A stretch of 64,000 nucleotides of DNA, from positions 22,126-86,125 of the forward strand of contig CAZABP010000011.1 of assembly GCA_964483245.1 (NCBI GenBank), written 5' to 3'. Below the pieces are notes generated by a model, which worked only from the letters and a program-made list of their open reading frames with translations, was not told where the DNA came from and ran no database searches. Origin of the DNA: an uncultured candidatus Brocadiaceae bacterium (GTDB lineage: Bacteria; Planctomycetota; UBA1135; UBA2386). The translations under genes and the position numbers were made by a program. This document shows, piece by piece, positions 7,989 through 17,073 of this stretch (the first letter of the stretch is position 1; each line of letters opens with the position of its first letter).

Positions 7989-10190
7989 GTGCGACTCCCC
8001 CTGCTGCTGTTCGTGCTCTTGGCTCCCGCATGCATGCCCGCGACGCTGCGCGCGCAGGATGCAGCCGCGCGCCCACGCCTGGGCCTCGTCCTCAGCGGCG
8101 GTGGCGCACGCGGGCTCGCGCACATCGGCGTGCTGCAGGTGCTCGAAGAGCTGCGCATCCCGGTCGATTGCGTCGCCGGCACCAGCATGGGCGCGATCAT
8201 CGGCGGGCTGTACTCGTACGGCTACGACCCGTACGAGATCGAGCGCATCGTGGTCGGACTCGACTGGAAGTACCTGCTGCAGGACTTCCCGCGCCGCACC
8301 GACCTCTCGATCCGCCGCAAGCGCGAGGAGTACGAGTTCCTGATCCAGCTCCGCGTCGGTGTGCGCGACGGCGGCATCGCGCTGCCCAAGGGCCTGATCC
8401 AGGGGCAGAACCTCGGCATCGTGCTGGATCAGTTGACTGCGCAGGCGCACGACCTCGCCACGTTCGATGCGCTGCCACTGCCGTTCCGCTGCATCGCGGC
8501 CGACATCGGCAGCGGCAAGCGGATCGTGTTCGACCGCGGCGATCTGCCGCGCGCGATGCGCGCCAGCATGGCGCTGCCGGGGATCTTTGCGCCGGTCGCG
8601 TTCGACGGCTCGCTGCTCGTCGACGGCGGGATCCTCGACAACCTGTCGGTCGAAGCCGCGCGCGCGATGGGCGCCGACCGCGTGATCGCGGTCGACATCG
8701 GGACGCCGCCGATGAAGCTCGAGGAGATCCGCAACCTGCTCGGCATCACGTCGCAGATGGTCTCGCTGCTGACGCAGGAGTACGTGAACAAGGCGATCGA
8801 GTCGCTGCAGCCGCAGGATCTGTTGATCCAGCCGCAACTCGGCGAGCTGACGTCGAGCGACTTCGAGCGCGGGCCGGAGCTGATCGCGCTCGGCCGCGAA
8901 TGGGCGTTGCGCAGCAGCGCTGCGCTGCGCCAGTTCGCGGTCTCCGAGCAGGAGTTCGAACGCTGGCGCCAGCGCCACCGGCGCGGGCCGCGCCCGCAGC
9001 CGATCGTGACGCGGATCGACGTCCTGCCGATCGAGCGGTTCGAGCCGGCGACGGTCACGCAGCGGCTGACCATCCAACCGGGGGAGCGGCTGGACTGGCT
9101 CCGCCTCAAGCGCGACCTCGAGGGGATCTACGGCCTGGATCTGTTCGAACTCGTGCGCGCGCGCGTGCTGCTGGTCGACCCGGAGCACTGCGTGCTCGAG
9201 GTGCACGCAATCGAAAAGAGCTGGGGACCGGGGTTCCTGCGCTTCAGCCTGGATGGCAGCAGCGACTTCAGTGGCGGGGATGCGTTCTCAGTCGGCGTCC
9301 GCTACGTCGAGACCGGGATCGGGCCGCTGGATGCCGAGTGGGCCAGCACGTTCCGCCTCGGCACCGACACCCTGCTCGAGACGGAGTGGTTCCAGCCGCT
9401 CGACGTCGGCCGCGCGCTGTTCCTAGCACCGGCGCTGCGCTACGAGCGCCGTCCCATCCGCGCACCGGTCGGCAATCAGATCACCGAGTTCACCGGCGAG
9501 CAGGCCTTCGCGGTCCTCGACGTCGGCACGCAGGTGATCGGCGCGACCGAGCTGCGCTTGGGGATCGACCGCGGAATCGGCCGCTTCGAGGTCGAGGCCG
9601 GCCTGCCGCCGCCCGGGGACGACGAAGTGGACGACGGCGGCCTGCACGCGGTGATCCAGGTCGACACGCTCGATCGCTCGACGTTCCCGACCGATGGCCT
9701 GATCGCCGTCGCGCTCTGGCGCCAACGCTACGACTCGTTCGGCGCCGAGCGCGACTACTCCGTCGCGCGGCTCGGCTTCCTCGGCGCGCAGGAGTGGCTC
9801 GGCCAGGTCCTCGCCCTCCGCCTCGCAGGCCAGTGGACTCTCGCCGGCACTCCGACCTTCGCCGACGCCTATCCGATCGGCGGCCTCTTCAACCTCTCCG
9901 GCCTCGGCGGCATCGATCTCGTCGGCAACGAAGGTGGCGTCGCCTCCCTCCTCACGTACCGCCGCCTCAGCCCCTCCGCGAACCCACTTTCCTTCCCCGT
10001 CTACTTCGGCGGCTCGTTCGAAGCCGGCGGCCTCTGGGACTGGTCCTCGCTCTCCTCCGACGACGTACTGCTCGCCGGCAGCGTCTTCACCGGCATCGAT
10101 TCCCCCATCGGCCCTATCTACCTCGCGCTCGGCTTCGCCGAAGGCGGCGAGCGCGCCGCCTACTTCACGATCGGCCAGATCCGCTTCTGA
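7989..10190 (+). CDS. Patatin-like phospholipase fused to POTRA/Omp85-type beta-barrel (PlpD-like, type Vd secretion architecture)
   Basis: GTG start giving signal peptide (M)RLPLLLFVLLAPACMPATLRAQD. Patatin motifs GGGARG and GTSMG, plus a DGG catalytic Asp (LLVDGGILDN). Long C-terminal beta-strand-rich domain ending in the OMP signature ...YFTIGQIRF. Confidence 0.85.
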   Translation: MRLPLLLFVLLAPACMPATLRAQDAAARPRLGLVLSGGGARGLAHIGVLQVLEELRIPVDCVAGTSMGAIIGGLYSYGYDPYEIERIVVGLDWKYLLQDFPRRTDLSIRRKREEYEFLIQLRVGVRDGGIALPKGLIQGQNLGIVLDQLTAQAHDLATFDALPLPFRCIAADIGSGKRIVFDRGDLPRAMRASMALPGIFAPVAFDGSLLVDGGILDNLSVEAARAMGADRVIAVDIGTPPMKLEEIRNLLGITSQMVSLLTQEYVNKAIESLQPQDLLIQPQLGELTSSDFERGPELIALGREWALRSSAALRQFAVSEQEFERWRQRHRRGPRPQPIVTRIDVLPIERFEPATVTQRLTIQPGERLDWLRLKRDLEGIYGLDLFELVRARVLLVDPEHCVLEVHAIEKSWGPGFLRFSLDGSSDFSGGDAFSVGVRYVETGIGPLDAEWASTFRLGTDTLLETEWFQPLDVGRALFLAPALRYERRPIRAPVGNQITEFTGEQAFAVLDVGTQVIGATELRLGIDRGIGRFEVEAGLPPPGDDEVDDGGLHAVIQVDTLDRSTFPTDGLIAVALWRQRYDSFGAERDYSVARLGFLGAQEWLGQVLALRLAGQWTLAGTPTFADAYPIGGLFNLSGLGGIDLVGNEGGVASLLTYRRLSPSANPLSFPVYFGGSFEAGGLWDWSSLSSDDVLLAGSVFTGIDSPIGPIYLALGFAEGGERAAYFTIGQIRF

Positions 10191-10245
10191 AGGTCTGTCC
10201 GCTCCCCCCGCACCAACTGCGCCAGCACCTGAGCCAGAACCTGAG

Positions 10246-10346
10246 CCCCTTCCCGTTCCCCTTCCCTTTCCTCGCCTTACCCCAGCCCTAGCCCCAGCCC
10301 GAGCCCGTCCCGTTCCCGTCCAAGCCCTTCCCTCTCTCTATTCCCG
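10246..10346. repeat. Strand-asymmetric polypyrimidine C-run tract (about 13 G3-4 runs on the minus strand)
   Basis: ccccttcccgttccccttccctttcctcgccttaccccagccctagccccagcccgagcccgtcccgttcccgtccaagcccttccctctctc lies between convergent gene ends (10190 and 10338). Confidence 0.7.
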
Positions 10347-11111
10347 GATCCACGACGGCCTTCGTTTCGCCAAGAACGCCCCCATCCCCTCACGCATCTC
10401 GTCGGTCGAACTGACGACGCCGAACAGATCCGCCTCGAGCTGCAGGCCGTCGGCGAGACTCATCGCGACGCCGCGCCGCGCAGCCTGCTTGGCCAGCGCC
10501 AACGCCTGCGGCCCGCGCGACAGGATCCGGCGCGCGATCTTCTCGGTGCCGGCGCGCAACTCGTCCGGCGCGAACACGCCATTGATCAGCCCGAGCCGCA
10601 AGGCCTCCTCGGCGGTCACCGGATCTCCGGTCAGGATCATCTGCAACGCCGGCCCGAGCCCGATCAACCGCGGCAACCGCTGCGTCCCGCCGTAGCCGGG
10701 AATGATCCCGAGCGAGACTTCGGGCAGGCCGAGCTTCGCCGCCGTCGACGCAAACCGCAGATCGCAGGCGAGCGCGAGCTCGAGTCCTCCACCGAGCGCA
10801 TAGCCGTGGATCATCGCGACGAACGGCTTCGGCGACGTCTCGATCGCGAGCGTCAGCGTCTGTCCGTGCCGCGCGTTCTCGCGCCCGGTCAGCACATCCT
10901 GGGTCGCCAGCTCGCTGACGTCGGCGCCGGCGACGAACGCCTTCTCGCCGGCGCCGGTCAGGATCACCACCCCGACCGCGTCGTCGGCGGACAGTGCGTG
11001 CACGCTCTCCTGCAGCGCGTCGATCGTGGCGCGGTCGAGCGCGTTCAGCTTCTCCGGCCGATCGACGACCAGCGTCGCGATCGCACCGTCGCGCTCGATC
11101 CGGACCGTCAT
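10338..11111 (-). CDS. Enoyl-CoA hydratase/isomerase (crotonase family)
   Basis: MTVRIERDGAIATLVVDRPEKLNALD..., VVILTGAGEKAFVAGADV, AMIHGYALGGGLELALACDLRFA are classic crotonase motifs. ATGA overlap with the upstream PPIase. Confidence 0.9.
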   Translation of the reverse strand: MTVRIERDGAIATLVVDRPEKLNALDRATIDALQESVHALSADDAVGVVILTGAGEKAFVAGADVSELATQDVLTGRENARHGQTLTLAIETSPKPFVAMIHGYALGGGLELALACDLRFASTAAKLGLPEVSLGIIPGYGGTQRLPRLIGLGPALQMILTGDPVTAEEALRLGLINGVFAPDELRAGTEKIARRILSRGPQALALAKQAARRGVAMSLADGLQLEADLFGVVSSTDEMREGMGAFLAKRRPSWIRE

Positions 11112-11674
11112 TCCGCGGTCTCCGCCGTCTCACCGGCAATCGCCGCCGCCGGTTCGACGCGCACCGAGTGCAGACCGATCCGGGTCACCGGCTTGCTGCG
11201 TTCCCCGCCGGCGCCGAACTCCACCTCGCTGGCGGCGATCGCATCGAGCACGTCGAGACCTTCGCTCAGCTCACCGAACACCGTGTAGTTCCCATCCAGT
11301 GAGGCGACGTGATCGCCGTGCACGATGAAGAACTGACTCCCCGCAGAATCCGGATGCGCCGAACGCGCCATCGACAGGACTCCGCGCCGGTGCGGCTTGT
11401 TGTTGAACTCCGCCGCGACCCGATGCCCCGGGCCACCGGTGCCCGGCTGCCCGCGCCCGCCCGACTTCGTGTTCGGACAACCACCCTGGATCATGAACCC
11501 GCGCACGACGCGGTGGAACGCGGTCCCGTCGTAGAACCCTTGCTGCGCGAGCGTCAGGAAGTTGCGCACGTGGTTGGGCGCGACATCGGGAAAGAAACGC
11601 GCGCGCATGCGCCCCTTGTCGGTGTCGAGGACGGCTTCGAGGGTCGAGAGGTCGGTGCGGTCCAGGTCGATCAT
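11108..11674 (-). CDS. ppiB: Peptidyl-prolyl cis-trans isomerase, cyclophilin type (cytoplasmic)
   Basis: FHRVVRGFMIQGGCPNTK...GVLSMARSAHPDSAGSQFFIV is the cyclophilin signature. No signal peptide. Confidence 0.9.
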   Translation of the reverse strand: MIDLDRTDLSTLEAVLDTDKGRMRARFFPDVAPNHVRNFLTLAQQGFYDGTAFHRVVRGFMIQGGCPNTKSGGRGQPGTGGPGHRVAAEFNNKPHRRGVLSMARSAHPDSAGSQFFIVHGDHVASLDGNYTVFGELSEGLDVLDAIAASEVEFGAGGERSKPVTRIGLHSVRVEPAAAIAGETAETAE

Positions 11675-11690
11675 GGTCGGCCCCGTTCTA

Positions 11691-11856
11691 CTAGAAGTCG
11701 CTTCACAAAGCCTCCGCGGCTGCGGCCGGCCCCCGCACCCGAGGACGGCGTCGCGAGATCTGCGGCGAACCCACCGATCCGCCTACGATCTCGCTCCTTG
11801 CCCTGTGCCGCGCTGGCTCGGCCTCGCGTGCGAAGCATTTGTGCGACGACTGCTAC
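11691..11856 (+). repeat. 166-bp palindromic MITE-like element, copy A
   Basis: ~93% identical to the reverse complement of 12843-13008. Termini ctagaagtcgcttcacaaag / catttgtgcgacgactgcta form ~20-bp terminal inverted repeats. The interior is an imperfect palindrome. Confidence 0.8.
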
Positions 11857-12815
11857 TGCCGCGCCGGCAACACGATGGCGGCGTGCAGGATCACGTCGAC
11901 CGTCGGCTTGCTCGGCTGCGGTTCGTTGCCGTACGTCACCGGGACGTCGGCGATCTTCTGCAGCGTGTCGAGCCCGGACTCGAGTTGCGCAAACGCCGTG
12001 AAGCGCCCATCCAGGTCCGGCCGCTCCCCGGTCATGATGAAGAACTGGCACCCGGCCGAATTCGGGTCGTTCATGCGCGCCATCGACAGCACGCCGCGCG
12101 CGTGCCGCAGATCGTTGAACTCCGCCTCGATCGTGTAGCCGGGATTCCCGGTGCCCGGCATTCCGGTCGCGCCCGGCTTCGTGTTCGGGCAGCCACCCTG
12201 GATCATGAACGTGCGGATCACGCGGTGGAACTTCGTGCCGTTGTAGAACCCGTCCTTGCTGAGCTTGACGAAGTTCTCGACCGTCTTCGGCGCCTTGTCC
12301 GGCCGCAGCGTCACGACCATGTTGCCGTGGCTCGTGACCAGCAGGACCTTCGTCTTGCTCAGGTCGAGCGCGCGCAGATCGAGCGAGCGCAGATCCGGCG
12401 CCACGCGCAGCATCGTGCTCGCGCCCGGCAGTCCGCGCCACTCGACGGCGACGTCGGTCAGCTTCCCCCCCTCCGCCGGCACCTGCACGCCGCTCAAGTC
12501 CAGCTCGACCGTGCGTTCGATCCGCGTGCCAGCCGCGATCGGCACCGTGCCGAGCGCCTCGACCTGGAACGTCGGCCCCGGCTGATCGCCGATCCGCGTC
12601 ACCAGATCCTGCCCGGCCAGTGCGCGGACCGGGATCTCCGTATCGCGGCGCGCGGTCACGGTCAGCTTCAGTTGGACTCCCGGTCCGGCCATGACGACCG
12701 GGATCGGGGCCTCGAGGCGGGCGACCACGGCCGGGTCGGGATGCGACGAGGCAGTCGTCTGGGCCGCGAGCGAGGCGGCGAACATGCAGAACACAGCGCA
12801 GGCGGATCGATTCAT
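11853..12815 (-). CDS. Secreted cyclophilin-type peptidyl-prolyl isomerase with N-terminal extra domain
   Basis: Signal peptide MNRSACAVFCMFAASLAAQTT. C-terminal cyclophilin signature FHRVIRTFMIQGGCPNTK...GVLSMARMNDPNSAGCQFFIM. The stop codon lies inside the terminal repeat of MITE copy A. Confidence 0.9.
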   Translation of the reverse strand: MNRSACAVFCMFAASLAAQTTASSHPDPAVVARLEAPIPVVMAGPGVQLKLTVTARRDTEIPVRALAGQDLVTRIGDQPGPTFQVEALGTVPIAAGTRIERTVELDLSGVQVPAEGGKLTDVAVEWRGLPGASTMLRVAPDLRSLDLRALDLSKTKVLLVTSHGNMVVTLRPDKAPKTVENFVKLSKDGFYNGTKFHRVIRTFMIQGGCPNTKPGATGMPGTGNPGYTIEAEFNDLRHARGVLSMARMNDPNSAGCQFFIMTGERPDLDGRFTAFAQLESGLDTLQKIADVPVTYGNEPQPSKPTVDVILHAAIVLPARQ

Positions 12816-12842
12816 GGCGGGCCGTAACGGGCGGTTCTCGTT

Positions 12843-13008
12843 CTAGCAGTCGTTTCACAAATGCTTCGCAGGCGAGGCCGAGCCCGCGCGGCCGAGGGCA
12901 AGGAGCGAGATCGTAGGCGAATCGGTGGATTCGCCGCAGATCTCGCGACGCCGCCCTCGGGTGCGGGGGCCGGCCGCAGCCGCGGAGGCTTTGTGAAACG
13001 ACTTCTAG
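12843..13008 (-). repeat. 166-bp palindromic MITE-like element, copy B (inverted relative to copy A)
   Basis: Termini ctagcagtcgtttcacaaatg / ctttgtgaaacgacttctag are near-perfect terminal inverted repeats. Central hairpin ggcgaatc-ggtg-gattcgcc. Confidence 0.8.
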
Positions 13009-13038
13009 CTCCGCGGCGCGGCCGCGAGAAGGTTCGAA

Positions 13039-14232
13039 TCACTCCCGCGCGAACGCCATCGCCATCCCCATGCCACCGCTCATGCACAGCGTCGCGAGGC
13101 CGCGCCGGCCCCCGCGGCGGCGCAGCTCGTGCAGCAGAGTCACGACGATCCGGGCCCCGGTCGCGCCGATCGGATGCCCGAGCGCGATGGCACCGCCGTT
13201 GACGTTCAGGCGTTCCGGATCCAGCTGCAGGTCACGGTCGCAGGCGACGATCTGGGCGGCGAACGCCTCGTTCAACTCGACCAGGTCGTAGTCGCGCAAC
13301 GCCGTGCCGGTGCGCTCCAGCAGCGCGCGCACCGCCGGCACCGGGCCGATCCCCATGATCCGCGGCGGCACGCCGGCCGACGCCGAGGCCCCGACCGTGG
13401 CGAGCGGCGTGAGTCCACGCCGCTGCGCTTCCGCGGCACTCATCAGCAGCAGCGCGGCGGCGCCATCGGTGATGCCGGACGAGTTGCCGGCGTGGACCGT
13501 GCCGCCTTGCGGGCGGAACACCGGCGGCAGCTTGCGCAGCTGCTCCAGCGTCGTGCCGGGCCGGACATGCTCGTCGTCGGTGATCTGCGTGACCTTCCCC
13601 TTCGCCTGGATCTCGACCGGCAGGATCTCGTCGCGGAAGCGCCCCGCGCGCTGTGCCTGTTCGGCCCGCTGGTGCGAGCGCAGCGCATACGCGTCCTGCT
13701 CCTCGCGCGAGATGCCGTAATCGTCCGCCAGATACTCGGCCGTCATCCCCATCGGCTCGCCGAGGATCCCGCAGGTGAAGCCATCCTGGTAGTTCCCATC
13801 CAGCACCTCCGCATGGCCGAGGCGGTAGCCCTGGCGCATCCGCGGCAGCAGGAACGGGATGTTGGTCATGCTCTCCATGCCGCCGGCGACGACGACGCGG
13901 CGGCCGCCGAGCTGGATGCTCGCGCAGGCGACCTCGATCGCGCGCAGCCCGGAGCCGCAGGCCTGGTTGAGGGTCATCGCGACCGTGGTGTCGGGACATC
14001 CGGCCTGCAGCGCGACCTGCCGCGCGGGGTTCGGGCCGGAGCCGAGCTGGCGCGCCTGGCCGAACAGCAGTTCCTCGACATCGGCTGCCGGAACCTGCGT
14101 CCGCGCCAGCAATCCACGCACGACATGCGCGCCGAGCTGGACTGCGGAAAGAGGGCTGAGACCCCCTAGAAACTTGCCGATCGGTGTACGAAATGCGCCA
14201 ATGACGACGACCGGCTCCATCCAGCCGACCAT
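13039..14232 (-). CDS. Acetyl-CoA C-acetyltransferase (thiolase)
   Basis: [28 protein letters not shown] (active-site Cys), [33 protein letters not shown]. Start at ATG 14232 (GGAGG just upstream) or 14220. The ORF-track start at 14493 is rejected because it overlaps the divergent gene. Confidence 0.9.
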   Translation of the reverse strand: MVGWMEPVVVIGAFRTPIGKFLGGLSPLSAVQLGAHVVRGLLARTQVPAADVEELLFGQARQLGSGPNPARQVALQAGCPDTTVAMTLNQACGSGLRAIEVACASIQLGGRRVVVAGGMESMTNIPFLLPRMRQGYRLGHAEVLDGNYQDGFTCGILGEPMGMTAEYLADDYGISREEQDAYALRSHQRAEQAQRAGRFRDEILPVEIQAKGKVTQITDDEHVRPGTTLEQLRKLPPVFRPQGGTVHAGNSSGITDGAAALLLMSAAEAQRRGLTPLATVGASASAGVPPRIMGIGPVPAVRALLERTGTALRDYDLVELNEAFAAQIVACDRDLQLDPERLNVNGGAIALGHPIGATGARIVVTLLHELRRRGGRRGLATLCMSGGMGMAMAFARE

Positions 14233-14247
14233 AAGCCTCCACGCGCG

Positions 14248-14877
14248 ATGCCCGAAGGGCTGCCCAGCAATCCCGGCGAAGCGCCGATCTTCCCCCTCCC
14301 GGGTGTGATCCTGGTCCCGCAAGGGGAGCAGATCCTCCACGTCTTCGAGGAGCGGTACAAGGCGATGGTCGCGCACGCGCTCGCCGGGGAGCGCCTGATC
14401 GCGATGGCGGTGCTCGATCCGTCCCGGGCGCCGGACTTCGACGGAACGCCGGCCGTGTTCGATGTGGTCGGCCTGGGGCGGATCGTCGAGCACCAGCCGC
14501 TGCCGCAGGGGCGCTGCCTGATCCTGCTGAAGGGGATCGGCCGGTACCGCATCCTCCGTGAGGACCGCTCACGGCCGTTCCGCGTCGCGAAGCTGGCGCC
14601 GGTCGCGCAGGTCTGCGGCGATCCGGAGCGTGCCGTGGCCCTGGCGCGCGACCTGCTGCGGCGTCTGTGCTGCTCCGAAGTGCCGCCCGAGCTCGTCGAC
14701 CGCAAACAACGGCTCGCTGCCGCCGAGCGGATCGGCGACCAGGTCCTCGCGCAGCTGCCGCTGGACGCGGCGGCACGCCAGCGGGCGTTTGCGATGCCGG
14801 ATCTCGCGGAGCGGCTCGGCGCCCTGCACGGAATCCTCGATCGCTTCGAGCGTTCCGCGCGCCCGAACTGCAACTGA
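14248..14877 (+). CDS. Lon N-terminal (LON substrate-binding) domain protein
   Basis: PIFPLPGVILVPQGEQILHVFEERYKAMV matches the Lon-N/PUA-like opening motif (lPlFPL..vvlfPg..lpLhiFEpRY). About 200 aa, stand-alone. Confidence 0.75.
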   Translation: MPEGLPSNPGEAPIFPLPGVILVPQGEQILHVFEERYKAMVAHALAGERLIAMAVLDPSRAPDFDGTPAVFDVVGLGRIVEHQPLPQGRCLILLKGIGRYRILREDRSRPFRVAKLAPVAQVCGDPERAVALARDLLRRLCCSEVPPELVDRKQRLAAAERIGDQVLAQLPLDAAARQRAFAMPDLAERLGALHGILDRFERSARPNCN

Positions 14878-14964
14878 ACCCTGCGCGGGCCCGCAGCCCG
14901 GTTTCCGGTTCTCCCGTCGCGAGCCGGGTCCAGCCGGTCGCCCCTGGCTGCCGAAGATCGGGAC

Positions 14965-15510
14965 GTGGCATGGAGCTGGAAGAAGCTGCTCGGACTGGGC
15001 GGCGGCACGCGGTCCGACGACGACGGACCCGGCCGCCCCGCCCGGCTCGCCACCGGCACGCATGCCAGCCTCGAGTCGGAGCTCGTGCACGAGGTCGTCG
15101 GCCTGTTCGTGCACGAGTTCGGGATCGACGCGCGCACCGTCGATGCACACCGTGAAGTCGCGGCGCCGCGCCAGGACCGGATCGGCGCGCAGGACATCGC
15201 CGAGATGTGCAATGCGCTGAACGCACGGCCGGTCGTCGGACCGCCAGACCTGCTGGTCGGACTCGACGAGGAGCGGCTGTGGATCCTGGTCGATCTCGCG
15301 CGCACCGCGAGCGAGCGGGCGCAGGTCGCCGCCAAACTCGAGCTGACCGACGTGCTCAGCGCGACGGTGGAGAAGGCCGGCATCGACAAGGCGATCGCGC
15401 TGCGGGTGCTGGTCACGATCACGCAGGCAGCCGCGAACGACGACTGCCCCAAGGTCTGGCACGAGCTGATCACGGCAGCACGCGGCGCATCGGACGGAGG
15501 CACAGGCTAG
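14965..15510 (+). CDS. Hypothetical protein (181 aa)
   Basis: GTG start. Its stop TAG is directly followed by the ATG of the HD-GYP gene (15511). Plausible composition. Confidence 0.5.
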   Translation: MAWSWKKLLGLGGGTRSDDDGPGRPARLATGTHASLESELVHEVVGLFVHEFGIDARTVDAHREVAAPRQDRIGAQDIAEMCNALNARPVVGPPDLLVGLDEERLWILVDLARTASERAQVAAKLELTDVLSATVEKAGIDKAIALRVLVTITQAAANDDCPKVWHELITAARGASDGGTG

Positions 15511-16983
15511 ATGGATCCACGCGGGCCGATCACGCTCGAAGCGCGCGTCGAGGCGTTCGCGCACAACCTCGTCGCTAGCCTGGTCAGCCAGGAGCTGAGC
15601 CTGCCGGACAGCGAGAGCATGCGCACGATCCTGCGCGCGATGCTGGCCGACTTCGAAGCCGCGCTCGCCGGCGGCCTGGCGAGCCCGCTCGAGCTGCGCT
15701 TCGAGCGCGGCCAGGTCCGCCACGCCGGCCGCACGCTGCTGAACTCCAGCCTGCACGCCGCGAAGCTGATCCGCTACTGCCAGGAGCGCCGGATCCGCGC
15801 GATCTCGTTCCGCCAGGGTCTCAAGCTGACCGAGCTGGAGCAGCTGGTGCCGCTGCTGGTCGATCCACGCCGGCGCGCCGGGTTCACGCCGCAATCGATC
15901 CAGAAGGTGCTCGGCAACCACGGCATCCACAACATCCAGCTCGAACTCGCCGACGGCTCGATGCTGACGCCGAAGCCGGACGAGAGCGGCAACGGTCCGG
16001 CCTCGCCGGCGGCGCCGGCGAACGCGATCCGGCAGTACCAGGCGATGTCGGAGGTGCTGCAGGAGTCGCACGTCGCCGCCGCGCGCGGGCACATCGTCGA
16101 CATCGAACGCGCCGAGGGGATCGTCGAGCAGACGGTCATGCACATCGCGCGGGAGCCGTCGGCGTTGCTGGCGCTGACCGCCTACGACGACATCGATTCG
16201 TACACGGTGGGACACTCGGTCCGCGTCGCGCTGCTGGCGCTGCAGGTCGCGCGCGCAGCCGGTGTCGACAAGCGCGGGCTGCTGCGGATCGGCACCGCGG
16301 CGCTGCTGCACGACATCGGCAAGTCCCGCATCGCGCAGCACGTGCTGTTCAAGCGCGGCATCCTCGACGAGGCAGAACGCGCCGAGATGGCGCGCCATCC
16401 GCGGCTCGGCGCCGAGATCCTGGTCGAGCAGAAGAACATCGATCCGAGCGCAATCGGTGCGGCGTTCTGCCACCACATGAAGGCGACCGGCGAGGGGTAT
16501 CCGCAACCGGCGTTCCCGTTCCAGCCGAGCGGGATCAGCAAGCTGGTGCAGGTCTGCGACGTGTTCGAGGCACTGACCGCCGTGCGGCCGTACAAGCGCG
16601 CGCTGACCCCGCTGCAGGCGTTCACGGTCATGCACCGGATGCGCGCCGCGTTCGACGCGCAGCAACTGAGCTTCTTCGTGCAGGTGATCGGCGTCTACCC
16701 GCCCGGCACGCGCGTGATCCTCGACGACGGCGTCGAAGCGGTCGTGCTGCGCCATGGTGCGCATCCGCTGCGCCCGGTCGTCCGGCCGCTCGGCGGCTCG
16801 TTCCAACAGATGCGCGACATCGAGATCGGCGTGCCGTCCGAAGGGGTGACACGGCGGATCACGGCGATCGTCGGCGCCACCGAACGGATTCCGATTCCGA
16901 CCGACCTGCTCGACCCGGCCTGCACACCCGGCTGCTCGTGCGAGCTGCACGTACAGCCGGTCCCGCTCGAGCCGGACGAGTGA
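15511..16983 (+). CDS. HD-GYP domain c-di-GMP phosphodiesterase with long N-terminal domain
   Basis: HSVRVALLAL...LLHDIGKSRI...HHMKATGEGYPQ (HD and GYP motifs). Confidence 0.88.
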   Translation: MDPRGPITLEARVEAFAHNLVASLVSQELSLPDSESMRTILRAMLADFEAALAGGLASPLELRFERGQVRHAGRTLLNSSLHAAKLIRYCQERRIRAISFRQGLKLTELEQLVPLLVDPRRRAGFTPQSIQKVLGNHGIHNIQLELADGSMLTPKPDESGNGPASPAAPANAIRQYQAMSEVLQESHVAAARGHIVDIERAEGIVEQTVMHIAREPSALLALTAYDDIDSYTVGHSVRVALLALQVARAAGVDKRGLLRIGTAALLHDIGKSRIAQHVLFKRGILDEAERAEMARHPRLGAEILVEQKNIDPSAIGAAFCHHMKATGEGYPQPAFPFQPSGISKLVQVCDVFEALTAVRPYKRALTPLQAFTVMHRMRAAFDAQQLSFFVQVIGVYPPGTRVILDDGVEAVVLRHGAHPLRPVVRPLGGSFQQMRDIEIGVPSEGVTRRITAIVGATERIPIPTDLLDPACTPGCSCELHVQPVPLEPDE

Positions 16984-17073
16984 ACGGCACGCGCCGGCGA
17001 CGAATCCCGCGACTCTCCGCTCCTGTCAGATGATCCCGGCTGCGGCTGCGGTTAGCTTTCGTGGCGCGACCGC

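Noticed and set aside
7542-9206. 554-aa ORF antisense to the patatin-Omp85 gene (similarly 14569..16950, 17297..20164, 53491..55521, 55124..56896, 39724..41787, 28096..30204)
   Set aside because: These are typical high-GC antisense open frames. Their composition is dominated by R/A/P/G/D/L, they have no motifs, and each is fully covered by an opposite-strand gene with clear family signatures.
8030-10291. 753-aa alternative-frame ORF overlapping the patatin gene on the same strand
   Set aside because: Extreme Arg/Pro/Ala composition and no motifs. The other frame carries all patatin/Omp85 signatures.
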